This document shows, one piece after another, positions 1 through 12,731 of a stretch of DNA of 64,000 bases. The notes beneath the pieces were generated by a model. It searched no databases. It had not been told where the DNA came from and saw only the letters and a list, made by a program, of their open reading frames with translations. The DNA lies in assembly GCA_964016885.1 (NCBI GenBank), contig OZ024741.1, forward strand, positions 274,846,001 through 274,910,000, written 5' to 3'. Positions within the stretch are counted from its first letter, which is position 1, and every line of letters begins with the position of its first letter. Source of the DNA: Eledone cirrhosa. Taxonomy: Eukaryota. The position numbers and the translations under genes are program-made.

Positions 1-516
1 TGTGTGTGTGTGTGTGTGTGCAAATGTAAGTGTGTCTGGGTGTGTAGGTGGGTGTCTGTTTGTAGTTGTGCATCTGTGCATGTGGCTGTGCATGTGAGTG
101 TGTGTACGTGTATGTATGTGTGCGCGTGTGTGTGTGCATGTGTGTGTGTGCACGCGTGTGTGCGTGCACCTGTGCGTGTGTTTGTGCATGTGTGCGTGTA
201 CATGTGTGTGTGTGCACGTATGTGTGTGTGCATGTGTGTGTGTGTACATGTATGTGTGTGTGTGCACGTGTTTGTGTGCACGGGTGTGCGTGTGTGTGCA
301 TGTGTGTGTGTGCACGTGTGTGTGTGTGTTTGTGTGTGCACGCCTGCATGCGTGTGCATGTGTGTGTGCACGTGTGTATGTGTGTTTGTGTGTGCGCGCG
401 TGCGTGCGTTTGTGTCTGTGTGTATGTGCATGTGTGTGTGCACGTGTGTGTGTGTGTTTGTGTGTGCGTGCGTGTGTGTCTGTGTGTATGTGCATGTTGT
501 GATGTATGCCTGTGTA
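1..516. repeat. degenerate (GT)n/(GC)n dinucleotide tract
   Basis: Continuous alternating purine-pyrimidine TG/CA/CG sequence; the C/V-rich ORFs here are its translation. Confidence 0.95.
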
Positions 517-769
517 TGAGAGCTGGTGTACTCTGCTGGCATTTCAGAGTTCCAACTTCACATAACTTTCATCTCCACCCGAAACTAGTAAGCCCCTCCC
601 CTAACCCTTACCGCCAGTCACCTAACTGACACCCTACCCCCACCCCTAACGTGCACAGATGCTTTCCACCCTTCCGACAATCTACATACATGTATCTACT
701 CGTCACATATGTTTAACTCGTGTATACACACACAGATATATATATATATATATATATACATAGAGATAG

Positions 770-820
<51 letters not shown>

Positions 821-845
821 GTGTGTGTGTGTGTGCGTGTGTATA

Positions 846-911
<66 letters not shown>

Positions 912-970
912 TTTATATATGAATATATGTATATATATGTATATATATATATACATTTATATATATATAT

Positions 971-1573
971 AAACGGAAAAAAATGAAACGAAGTTTCATT
1001 TCCCACTCTTAGTACGGCTGTTACTTAAATATAAGTATGTATACGTACATACATATATGTATACAGACGTACAGTAGTATGTATATATATATACATACAT
1101 GAACACATATATATATGTACGTATGGATTTACCGAACATTTATTATAATGCTCGATGTGTTTGTAAACAAACATCCCGGTTTAATCCGTAGTGTCTAGCA
1201 ACCATCGTTGCTCGTTTGTTCAACACTGACAAAGGAACGCTGTACTAGTTTCAAGCTTATTAGCTATCGTCAGCACCGTATACCTTCCTGCCAGATGATT
1301 GAACGTCTGAAAGTATATACTTTCCTTATGCATATTAAGGGCTGAGCAGACTAATTTGCATATCGAGTGAGTTAATCGGCCGGGGTACCGAAAACGATAA
1401 ATGAAAAAATGAAACGAAATTTCATTTCTCACTCATAGTACGGCTGTTACTTAAATATAAGTATGTATACGTACATACATATATGTATACAGACGTACAG
1501 TAGTATATATATATATATATATACATGCACACATATATATATGTACGTATGGATTCACCGAACATTTATTATA
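971..1573 (-). mobile_element. partial-tandem (about 426-bp unit, 1.4 copies) hammerhead-containing element, retrozyme-like or Penelope pLTR-like
   Basis: About 170-bp direct repeats at 976-1147 and 1403-1573 bracket a unique segment holding a hammerhead; (TA)n on both sides; no ORF. Confidence 0.7.
1237..1279 (-). ncRNA. minimal type I hammerhead ribozyme
   Basis: Minus strand ACGGTG CTGACGA T-AGCT-AATA-AGCT-T GAAA CTAG TA CAGCGT: intact core, 4-bp stem II, palindromic stem III, GUA site, stem I with one G-G mismatch. Confidence 0.75.
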
Positions 1574-1641
1574 TATGAATATATGTATTTTTATATATAT
1601 ATATATATTTATATATGATACACTAACATATACACACACAC

Positions 1642-1721
<80 letters not shown>

Positions 1722-1856
1722 CAACGACTTTTTTTTAGCCGTTGTTCGCACCAACCTGAGGCATATGGCCCTTAAAGCGATGAAATGCCGAGGACGGTTG
1801 GAGGGTCACTGATGAAGGACTCACTTTTTCATATATATATATATATATGTATGTGC

Positions 1857-1929
<73 letters not shown>

Positions 1930-1996
1930 GAATGGAGATTATATCGCTCTATATATATATATACACATACATACATATATATAGAGAGAGAGAGGG

Positions 1997-2031
<35 letters not shown>

Positions 2032-2084
2032 TATAATCTCCATTCATTCATCTACCTAACTATTTACCTGTCTGCCCTACTATG

Positions 2085-4368
2085 TTGTGTGCGCATGTGT
2101 GTATGTATGTGTGTGTGAGTATATATGTGTGTGTGTTAGTGTATGTATGTGTGTTAGCGTATGTGTGTGTGTTAATGAATATGAGTGCGCGTTAATGTAT
2201 GTGTGTGTGTTAGTGTATATGAGTGTTTGTTAGTGTGAGTGTGTAAGTGTGTGTGTGTGTATGTATGTGAGTGTGTGTTATTGCGTGTGTGCTAGTGTGT
2301 GTATATGTGTGTGAGTGTGTGTGTGTGAGTGTGTGTGTAAGTATGTGTGTATAGATGAGAGTGTGCGTTGGTTTGTGTGTGTTAGTGTTCGTATATGTGT
2401 GTGAGTGTGTGTTAGTGTATGTGTGCTAGTGTGTGTATATGTATGTGAGTGTGTGTTAGTGTGTGTGTGTAAGTGTGTGTGTATGTATGAGAGTGTGTTA
2501 GTATGTGTGTGTTAGTGTTCGTATATATGTGTGTATGTGTGTGAGTGTGTGTTAGTGTGTGTCTGTAAGTGTGTGTGTATGTATGTGAGTGTGTGTAAGT
2601 GTGTGTGTATGTATGTGAGTGTGTGTTAGTGTGTATGTATGTGAGTATGTGTTAGTATGTGTGTGTTAGTGTTCGTATATGTGTGTGTATGTGTGTGAGT
2701 GTGTGTTAGTGTGTGTCTGTAAGTGTGTGTGTATGTATGTGAGTGTGTGTAAGTGTGTGTGTATGTATGTGAGTGTGTGTTAGTGTGTGTGTGTTAGTGT
2801 TCGTATATGTGTGTGTATGTGTGTGAGTGCGTGTTAGTGTGTGTCTGTAAGTGTGTGTGTATGTATGTGAGTGTGTGTTAGTGTGTGTGTGTTAGTGTTC
2901 GTATATGTGTGTGTATGTGTGTGAGTGTGTGTTAGTGTGTGTCTGTAAGTGTGTGTGTATGTATGTGAGTGTGTGTAAGTGTGTGTGTATGTATGTGAGT
3001 GTGTGTTAGTGTGTATGTATGTGAGTGTGTGTTAGTGTGTATGTATGTGAGTGTGTGTTAGTGTGTGTGTGTTAGTGTTCGTCTATGTGTGTGTATGTGT
3101 GTGAGTGCGTGTTAGTGTGTGTCTGTAAGTGTGTGTGTATGTATGTGATGTGTGTTAGTGTGTATGTATGTGAGTGTGTGTTAGTGTGTGTGTGTTAGTG
3201 TTCGTCTATGTGTGTGTATGTGTGTGAGTGCGTGTTAGTGTGTGTCTGTAAGTGTGTGTGTATGTATGTGAGTGTGTGTTAGTGTGTATGTATGTGAGTG
3301 TGTGTTAGTGTGTGTGTGTTAGTGTTCGTCTATGTGTGTGTATGTGTGTGAGTGCGTGTTAGTGTGTGTCTGTAAGTGTGTGTGTATGTATGTGAGTGTG
3401 TGTTAGTGTGTATGATTGTGAGTGTGTGTTAGTGTGTGTGTGTTAGTGTTCGTCTATGTGTGTGTATGTGTGTGAGTGCGTGTTAGTGTGTGTCTGTAAG
3501 TGTGTGTGTATGTATGTGAGTGTGTGTTAGTGTGTGTGTGTTAATGTTCGTCTATGTGTGTGTATGTGTGTGAGTGCGTGTTAGTGTGTGTCTGTAAGTG
3601 TGTGTGTATGTATGTGAGTGTGTGTTAGTGTGTATGTATGTGAGTGTGTGTTAGTGTGTGTGTGTTAGTGTTCGTCTATGTGTGTGTATGTGTATGAGTG
3701 CGTGTTAGTGTGTGTCTGTAAGTGTGTGTGTATGTATGTGAGTGTGTGTTAGTGTGTATGTATGTGAGTGTGTGTTAGTGTGTGTGTGTTAGTGTTCGTC
3801 TATGTGTGTGTATGTGTGTGAGTGCGTGTTAGTGTGTGTCTGTAAGTGTGTGTGTATGTATGTGAGTGTGTGTTAGTGTGTATGTATGTGAGTGTGTGTT
3901 AGTGTGTGTGTGTTAGTGTTCGTCTATGTGTGTGTATGTGTGTGAGTGCGTGTTAGTGTGTGTCTGTAAGTGTGTGTATGTATGTGAGTGTGTGTTAGTG
4001 TGTATGTATGTGAGTGTGTGTTAGTGTGTGTGTGTTAGTGTTCGTCTATGTGTGTGTATGTGTGTGAGTGCGTGTTAGTGTGTGTCTGTAAGTGTGTGTG
4101 TATGTATGTGAGTGTGTGTTAGTATGTATGTATGTGAGTGTGTGTTAGTGTGTGTGTGTGTTAGTGTTCGTCTATGTGTGTGTATGTGTGTGAGTGCGTG
4201 TTAGTGTGTGTCTGTAAGTGTGTGTGTATGTATGTGAGTGTGTGTTAGTGTGTATGTATGTGAGTGTGTGTTAGTGTGTGTGTGTTAGTGTTCGTCTATG
4301 TGTGTGTAGGTGTGTGAGTGCTTGTGTTAGTGTGTGTGTGTTAGTGTTCGTCTATGTGTGTGTATGTA
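2085..4368. repeat. GT-derived satellite, about 124-bp higher-order unit
   Basis: TTCGTCTATG marker recurs at 3201, 3325, 3449 and onward; more degenerate toward the left edge. Confidence 0.9.
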
Positions 4369-4529
4369 CACTCCAGTGATAACTAAACTATTCTGTACTG
4401 TGTATCTGTCGTAACGGAACTTCACTAATAACTCCATTATTTCAACAATGTTAATCACAAACACATACATATGTATATACACATATATACATACATTTAT
4501 ACATACATACATATACATACATACATACA

Positions 4530-4563
<34 letters not shown>

Positions 4564-4636
4564 CATATATATACACATATACATATATATATATAATTAT
4601 ATACAGACATATATACTTACATATATATATACATAC

Positions 4637-4667
<31 letters not shown>

Positions 4668-4914
4668 CATACATCCATGTATATACATACGTATATATAC
4701 ATACATATATATATATATACATACATGTATATATACATACATATATATACATAGATAGATATACATATATATATATATAAATATGTACACATATTTACAT
4801 ATACATACATATATATATATACATATATATATACACATATACATACATATATATATATATATAAATATATACAGACATATATACTTACATACATACACAC
4901 ATACATGGATACAG

Positions 4915-4972
<58 letters not shown>

Positions 4973-5017
4973 GTATCCATGTATATATAAATATATATAT
5001 ATATATACATATATGTG

Positions 5018-5078
<61 letters not shown>

Positions 5079-5452
5079 TCACACACACATACGCAACTAC
5101 AGCACATTTTCTCCACACTACACCCACACGACACTATACCTCCACCACAACACACCTCCACCGCATTACAGCTCCACTACACCACAGCTGCACTACACCA
5201 CCACACCTTTATTGTTGTTACTGCTGTTATTGTTGTTATTGCTGTTATAATCATTGTTTTGATTATTGTTGTTGTTGTTGTTGTTGCTGTCGTTGTCGTT
5301 GTTGTTGTTGTTGTTGTTGTAGTTCCTATTTTGCGCCTAATTTGCAAGTTTAGCTTTATCCCCGCAGACACAATTCCATCATTCCATCCAGCCATACATC
5401 CATCCGAACATACACACATACATATATTAAAATATATATATGTGTATGTATG

Positions 5453-5634
<182 letters not shown>

Positions 5635-5711
5635 CACACATATATATATATATATTAATATATAAACATATATTTAATGATTATTGTTTTCGCCACGTAA
5701 ATGTTGGTACC

Positions 5712-5780
<69 letters not shown>

Positions 5781-5781
5781 G

Positions 5782-5857
<76 letters not shown>

Positions 5858-5858
<1 letters not shown>

Positions 5859-6040
5859 CAAAGGAATTGTGGTGAGGAACCAAATGGACCATAACGCACC
5901 AGAGTACTCAATACTTAGAGTGGGAAATAAGAAAAAGTATGACCCCCGACGGCAGAGCTCAAGCCGTTTCGACGACTATTTCTGTCCAGAAATAGCCGTC
6001 GAAACGGCTTGAGCTCTGCCGTCGGGGTCATACTTTTCCC
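5858..6040 (-). mobile_element. fold-back element family F1 (3' half of a hammerhead; putative inverted Penelope pLTR remnant)
   Basis: About 50-bp inverted arms around 5985 plus one-sided tail; GAAA-CGGC...GCCG-TC stem III motif; (TA)n flanks; similar to copies at 7455, 19962, 44887, 59254. Confidence 0.75.
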
Positions 6041-6101
<61 letters not shown>

Positions 6102-6123
6102 GGAGAGAGAGAGGGAGGGGAGA

Positions 6124-6203
6124 CATGGCTTCTACAGGACTAGAACTGTTTCATTCGATGAAATCATCAGGAAAGCTTTCCTGATGATTTCCTTCGAATG
6201 AAA
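6124..6203 (-). mobile_element. fold-back element family F2 with hammerhead (6127-6175)
   Basis: Minus strand TTTC CTGATGA TTTCATCGAAT GAAA CAG TTCTAGTC CTG TA GAAG; palindrome centre GAAAGCTTTC at 6171-6180. Confidence 0.7.
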
Positions 6204-6259
6204 TATATATATAATATATGCGTGTGTTGCAGTTATTATATATTGAAGCTATAAGCTGG

Positions 6260-6446
6260 TGGTGGATTGGCAGTATCGGTAGAGGGTCGGACGCCATGCT
6301 TTCCAGCATAGTTACGTCCCTTTACGATCTGAGTTCAAATCCCGCCGAGGTTGACTTTGCCTTTCATCCTTACGGGGTCGATAAAATAAAGTACCAGTAA
6401 TGCACTGGGATAATTGCTGGCCTTGTGCCTAAAGTAGAAACAATTA
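6260..6446 (+). mobile_element. tRNA-derived SINE (cephalopod-type)
   Basis: A-box-like TGGCAGTATCGG, B-box-like GAGTTCAAATC, body GACTTTGCCTTTCATCCTTACGGGGTCGATAAAATAAAGTACCAG; more than 10 copies in window. Confidence 0.85.
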
Positions 6447-6949
6447 TATATTGAAGCTATTGAATATCGGCTTGTTAATATTTTTTTCTTCTTCTTCTTA
6501 TTCTTCTTCTTATTATTATTATTATTATTCTACCTCTACTTCCTCCTCCTCCTGTCCCTCTTCCTCCCCTCCCTCCGCTTCTTCGTCTCTCTTCCCCCCA
6601 CCTCTCATTACCATTATCATCGTTATCATCATTATCTTCGTTATCATCCTCACCATCATCATCATCCCCCATCATCATCATCATCATCGTTACTATCATC
6701 AGCAAACCCTTCCCGCTCCCCCCCCCGCCACCTCCTCCGAGCCACGCCCTACCGTCTCGTCTGTTCTCAGGAGAGACGGGCCAGACTGGAACCTAGTTTA
6801 GATTAGTTATTATGACATCGCCACGTCTAAACTCGTGCAAACAATGAAAGATTTAACGGTTCTGTCACGTGACATCCCCTCTAAAACCAACGTCTTCATA
6901 TACTGACAGCAACACCTTTCCACGGCACACGCATCGTGGCCTACACACA

Positions 6950-6988
<39 letters not shown>

Positions 6989-7454
6989 CAACACACCACA
7001 CATACATTTACACATACATAGATATATACACTCATATATATATACACATATATACATACATATGTACGTACATACGTACATACTTACATACATATATATA
7101 CATTAGTACGTACATACATACATGCGTAGTATATACATACATACGTACGTACATTCATACACATGTATGTACGTACGTACATACATACATGCGTAATATA
7201 TATATACATACATACGTACGTACATTCATACACATGTATGTACGTACATACATACATACATGCGTAATATATACATACATACATACGTACATTCATACAT
7301 ATGTAAGTACGTACATACATATATACATACATACTACCTACACGCTACTCATATATATATATGTATGTGTATAGAGATAAATAGATAGATAGATTGACAG
7401 ATACACATATATACGCGGACCCCATATTTATATATATATATATATATATATATA

Positions 7455-7653
7455 GGAACCAGTAAGACCCCGACGGCTGAGCTCAAGCCGTTTCGACGGC
7501 TAATTCTGGACAGTTGAGTCCAGAATTGGCCGTCGAAACGGCTTGAGCTCAGCTGTCGGGGTCTTACTGGTTCCTATTACCCACTCTACTACCTCAAGTA
7601 TTGAGTACTTTGGTGCGTTATGGTCCACCTGGTTCCTTACCACACCTCCTTCG

Positions 7654-7655
<2 letters not shown>
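7455..7655 (+). mobile_element. fold-back element family F1
   Basis: About 56-bp arms with 8-nt loop CAGTTGAG; right-hand tail containing ACTC...GAGTAC (7583-7608); (TA)n flanks. Confidence 0.75.
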
Positions 7656-7736
<81 letters not shown>

Positions 7737-7783
7737 TTTCTTTTAATTAACTATATATATATATATAGTTAATTAAGTATTTA

Positions 7784-7865
7784 CGGTGACATTTCATTAT
7801 AACGAAATTCACGAGGTATAAAAAAATTCGTTGTAATAGTATTCGTTATAACGGAATTTTACCTG
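7784..7865. mobile_element. tiny pogo/Tigger-like MITE
   Basis: Imperfect TIRs CGGTGACATTTCATTATAACGAA / TTCGTTATAACGGAATTTTACCTG with TA on both sides. Confidence 0.5.
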
Positions 7866-7880
7866 TATATATATATATAT

Positions 7881-7926
<46 letters not shown>

Positions 7927-7928
<2 letters not shown>

Positions 7929-8118
7929 ATTGTTTCTACTATTGGCACAAGGCCAGCAATTACTTAGTACATTACTGGTACTTTATTTTATCGACCTCGT
8001 AAGGATGAAAGGCAAAGTTAACCTCGGCGCGATTTGAACTCAGAATGGCAAGGGCCGTAACTCTATGCGTCAAAGCATGGCGTCCGACCCTCTACCAATC
8101 CTGCCAGTTCACCGCCCT
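7927..8118 (-). mobile_element. tRNA-derived SINE
   Basis: Reverse complement of the 6260 family, full length. Confidence 0.85.
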
Positions 8119-8133
8119 ATATATATATATATA

Positions 8134-8262
8134 GTAATAATAATAAATTTGAAGACTAAAATCCAAAGAGCGCTCGATAAGGATAAATATATATCAAATA
8201 TATAAGAACCGTAGAGCAAATATTTATTAAAATAACAGATTAAACTTTAATCTGTTATTTTA

Positions 8263-8270
<8 letters not shown>
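8134..8270 (-). mobile_element. fold-back element family G (second copy at 44041-44250)
   Basis: About 25-bp perfect hairpin 8220-8270 plus left tail GAAGACTAAAATCCAAAGAG shared with 44041; (TA)n flanks. Confidence 0.65.
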
Positions 8271-8330
<60 letters not shown>

Positions 8331-8430
8331 GAAAGTTTGGTAAAATCGAAGCTTCGGCTGTAGCCAAGCCAACGAGATACAGCGAGGAATGTGTCACCAA
8401 GCACTCAATGAGGAGTCTCAGAGTAACAAC

Positions 8431-8545
8431 TATTTCTACTTTTGGCACAAGGCCAGCAATAACCCAGTACATTACTGGTACTTTATTTTATCGACCCCGT
8501 AAGGATGAAAGGCAAAGTTAACCTCGGCGGGATTTGAACTCAGAA
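8431..8545 (-). mobile_element. tRNA-derived SINE, 5'-truncated
   Basis: 3' two-thirds of the 6260 family in reverse orientation. Confidence 0.8.
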
Positions 8546-8875
8546 GTAATAACATTCGTTAGACGACATGAGAAATTTAAAACTGTGGCAGGCAAGCCTA
8601 GCCACGACACCGAAGCAACAAGAAAACCATCAGGTTAATATATTGGGTCGTTAAGTATGAAATTTGTAGAAATTTGTAGAAAAAACAAATTTCTCCAAAT
8701 TTCATACTTTACGACTCTCTATATATATATATATATTGATTTTTTTTTTAATTGAGTTTGAATTATTTTCCCACATCTTACGTTAATTATTTTCCATTTT
8801 GACGTTATAGTCACTTATATATTATATATTATGAAATACTGTTGGCTTCTTGCTCACATTAATTTCTATATTTTC

Positions 8876-8940
<65 letters not shown>

Positions 8941-9039
8941 ATTAAAGTCTTTATTTATATTAGATAATTCATTAATTATAATTAGCAACAACAATAAGAG
9001 CCTGTGTGTTTATTGGCTTCATGACAGTTCCAAAGTACA

Positions 9040-9189
<150 letters not shown>

Positions 9190-9590
9190 GTGTGCGTGTG
9201 TGTGTGTGTGCGTGTGTATGTGTGTCTGGTGTATATATGTATATATATGTATATATATATATGTGTGTGTGTATTGTTATTGCTAATTATAATTAATTAA
9301 TTATCTATTATAAATAAAGACTTTAATTAAAACCACAACCAGTCCTTGTTCCCTGAACACATGACGGTAAAACGTGTCTGAAAATCGATATCAATGAAGG
9401 ACATCAATGAATTGAACACCGTTATATAGTTCACATATTTATTGATTTTTATCAACATATGCAAAAAATAACTGATTTGTTTTAACGATTTTTTATTTGT
9501 ATTTATTTACTATTTTATTTTTTACTTTATTTTATTTTATTTTAATTAGTTTATTTATTTTATTTTATTTCATTTTTTTGTAAACGTGAT

Positions 9591-9908
9591 CAGGGCCGGA
9601 TTTAATGAGGGCCAAATTGGGCAATTGCTCCGGCCCCCTGCAGTGAGCATCCCCACCAGCGACGGCGGTAGCAATTTATTTGTGCCCTCAGCTGGGTTTT
9701 TTTAGTTTTAGGATGGTTAGAACTTTTGAATTTAATACCTGTATGTATAACCTTTCAATTCCAATTACTTATCTTTAGCATCAAGCTAACTTATCTTTGA
9801 TATGTAAAATTGGTTGGGGGGAGGGTATGCTATATATTCCCCCCTCCCCCTTTCCTTAACCTGAAGTGCTCCGGGCCCCACAAAGTCTAAATCCTAAATC
9901 TAACCCTG
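9591..9908. mobile_element. non-autonomous hAT MITE
   Basis: Ends CAGGGCCGGATTT...AAATCTAACCCTG with exact 8-bp TSD AACGTGAT (9583-9590, 9909-9916). Confidence 0.85.
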
Positions 9909-9916
9909 AACGTGAT

Positions 9917-10420
9917 GATAGTTTCAGTTTTTCTGTCTTCTTTCTCTGATTGTTTCAGCTAACAACAGCTGAAGAACTTTTTGAATTGTCTTTTAACATG
10001 CATCATTCTTTCAACATTCGTTTCTGCATCCGTCATCATCTGTTTTCTATCTTCAAAACTTCTAAATATAGCATCTTGTTCTTTAATTGAGAGTTCTTTT
10101 ATTTTCATCTTGACTTTATCTGTGCCGTTTAGGCCAGCATCCTCTTTCTACACACATTGCAGTTGAGAATTCTTTCTTTTTCATCTTGAACTTCTGTGCT
10201 GTTTAGGCCAGCATCCTCTTCTTAATCTCGCTGCAGTTAAGAATTGTTCTATTTCCATCTTGACTTTTTCTGTGACGTTTAGGCCAGCATCCTCTTCCTA
10301 ATCTCGCTGCAGCTCAGTTCTAAATTTAAAAGATCTTCATGCGTCTTGATGTTCACATTCTATGACTCAAGCAATTCTCTGATATCACAGTCGTTTCTTC
10401 CAGACGTTTCTATGAGAAAG
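9917..10420 (-). pseudogene. degenerate pogo/Tigger transposase C-terminal relic
   Basis: Minus-strand translation fragments DIRELLES...EDLLNLEL and KELSIKEQDAIFRSFEDRKQMMTDAETNVERMMHVKRQ resemble Tigger C-termini; stops, an internal triplication, and interruption by the hAT MITE. Confidence 0.5.
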
Positions 10421-10463
10421 ACATGACGTGACATTTCTGTTATGGTTCTAATTTATTTCAACC

Positions 10464-11078
10464 AGGGCGGTGGATTGGCAGTATTGGTAGATGGTCGGAT
10501 GCCATGCTTTGCAGCATAGAGTTACGGCCCCTTATGATCTGAGTTCAAATCCTGCCGAGGTTAACTTTGCCTTTCATCCTTACAGGGTCGATAAAATAAA
10601 GTACCAGTAATACACTGGAGTAATTGCTGGCCTTGTGCCAAAAGTAGAAACAATTGTTACTAGGGCGGTGGATTGGCAGTATCGGTAGAGGGTCGGACGC
10701 CATGCTTTGCAGCATAGAGTTACGGCCCTTGCCATTCTGAGTTCAAATCCTGCCGAGGTTAACTTTGCCTTTCATCCATACAGGGTCGATAAAATAAAGT
10801 ACCAGTAATACACTGGAGTAATTGCTGGCCTTGTGCCAAAAGTAGAAACAATTGTTACTAGGGCGGTGGATTGGCAGTATCAGTAGAGGGTCGGACGCCA
10901 TGCTTTGCAGCATAGAGTTACGGCCCTTTATGATCTGAGTTCAAATCCCGCCGAGGTTAACTTTGCCTTTAATCCTTACGGGGTCGATAAAATAAAATAC
11001 CAGTCACGTACTGGAGTCGATTTAATAGACTTTCCCCTCCCCCAAATTGCTGGCCTTGTGCCTATAAAAGAAACCATT
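10464..11078 (+). mobile_element. head-to-tail trimer of the tRNA-derived SINE
   Basis: Units start at about 10464, 10662, 10861 with identical junction CAATTGTTACTAGGGCGGTGG; third unit has a longer alternative 3' segment. Confidence 0.9.
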
Positions 11079-11149
11079 TATTTCAACCTTAAATTAACAA
11101 ATAATTATTCGCGCAGTCAGTAATTATATTTTCATAAACAAAACCTGGG

Positions 11150-11352
11150 TAATGCCACCCCTAGGGTAGAGGAGCGGAAGACAGACAAATACCGGGATTT
11201 AACTGACCATTTCTTTTTGTGCCTGTTACCCTCGAAACCTCGGGAAGCCTTCGGTCTCCAAACTGGCGTTTCTCCCCGCAAAATTAGAAGGAGTACATCC
11301 CGTCTGAGGACCTTGTGAAATTAAGTGTTTGATGCAGCGGGTGTCGCTGGCT
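11150..11352 (+). pseudogene. CRE-clade non-LTR retrotransposon restriction-like endonuclease fragment
   Basis: Translates EERKTDKYRDLTDHFFFVPVTLETSG...MQRVSLA (KxxKY, PxxxETxG, QRxSxA motifs), frameshifted; similar to 37375-37591. Confidence 0.7.
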
Positions 11353-11359
11353 ACATATG

Positions 11360-11458
<99 letters not shown>

Positions 11459-11767
11459 TAATATATAATATATATATATACACATATATATACATATATA
11501 ATATATAATATATATATAATATATATATATATACATATATATACATATATAATATATAATATATATATAATATATATATATATACATATATATACATATA
11601 TAATATATAATATATATATATATATATACATATATAAATATATATATATATATATATACATATATAATATATATATATCTATATACATATATAATATATA
11701 TATACATATATAATATATATATATACATATATAATATATATATATATACACACACATATATATATAT

Positions 11768-11905
11768 TCCTGGTGATTTCTTTTGAATGAAGCAGTTCTA
11801 GTCCTGTAGAGGCCATTTCTTTATTAGACATGATGTTTACACTCTACTAATGTATTGAGTATCATACACACTGTTGTTAGCCCCGTTTAACCCAGGACTC
11901 ATCTA
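11768..11905 (+). mobile_element. family F2 element, hammerhead core mutated
   Basis: CTGGTGA...GAAG CAGTTCTAGTCCTGTAGAGG then ACTC...GAGT tail; (TA)n flanks. Confidence 0.6.
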
Positions 11906-11918
11906 TATATATATATAT

Positions 11919-12249
11919 GTGAAGTAATTCCATCGGAAAAGTCCAGGAAAAAAGAGTGCTCTATGTAAGCAACAGAGCTTAATTATTATTATTATGTAAT
12001 AAACAACATAAGGCAATTATTCCATTTACCAGTGGTTTCTTAAAAGCAAAAGGTTTTGCTTTCAATCCTCAGAATGAAAAATCCTGGTTTGTTTATTGAA
12101 TATGGATTCTAAAAACCTAGGTTTTTAGAATCCATATTCAATAAACAAACCAGGATTTTTCATTCTGAGGATTGAAAGCAAAACCTTTTGCTTTTAAGAA
12201 ACCACTGGTAAATGGAATAATTGCCTTATGTTGTTTATTACATAATAAT

Positions 12250-12252
<3 letters not shown>
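11919..12252 (-). mobile_element. fold-back element F4 (perfect about 134-bp arms, no spacer)
   Basis: Palindrome centred on CCTAGG 12116-12121; left tail with GCTC...GAGCAC on minus strand; CTGAGGA-TT-GAAA hammerhead-like core in each arm. Confidence 0.75.
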
Positions 12253-12284
<32 letters not shown>

Positions 12285-12549
12285 TGAGAGAGAGAGGGGG
12301 GGTTCTGGCATATATTTATATATATATATATATCACTCTTCAAAATGACCAAACACACGTGCTTTTTTTCCCGTGAAACTTTCTTTTCGTTTTTATCCTT
12401 CTATCTTTCATTCTATCTGATAAATGACCTTAGTCCGAAACGCTATAACCTTTTTCTTACTACATCAACCATTAAACTATTACATATAATTATGCAGTAT
12501 TGTTCTCCTATGTTGTTTTTCCTCGTTGACTTTTTCACAAATACGCATA

Positions 12550-12594
<45 letters not shown>

Positions 12595-12597
<3 letters not shown>

Positions 12598-12731
12598 AAA
12601 GTTCTATTTGAAATTGTTGGGATACAACAAGTAAATATTTTATAACTGATATAAAGCACTCGACAAGTTTTTGGAGTAGATATACGATATTAATAAATGG
12701 AAACCATATTTATAAAACCATATTTATAAAA

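Noticed and set aside
595-650. Interstitial telomeric repeats (CCCTAA)
   Set aside because: Only scattered single hexamers, also about 51030-51060; no tandem run
1718-1830. Hammerhead in the small insert containing CTGATGA
   Set aside because: No downstream stem II-GAAA-stem III arrangement found
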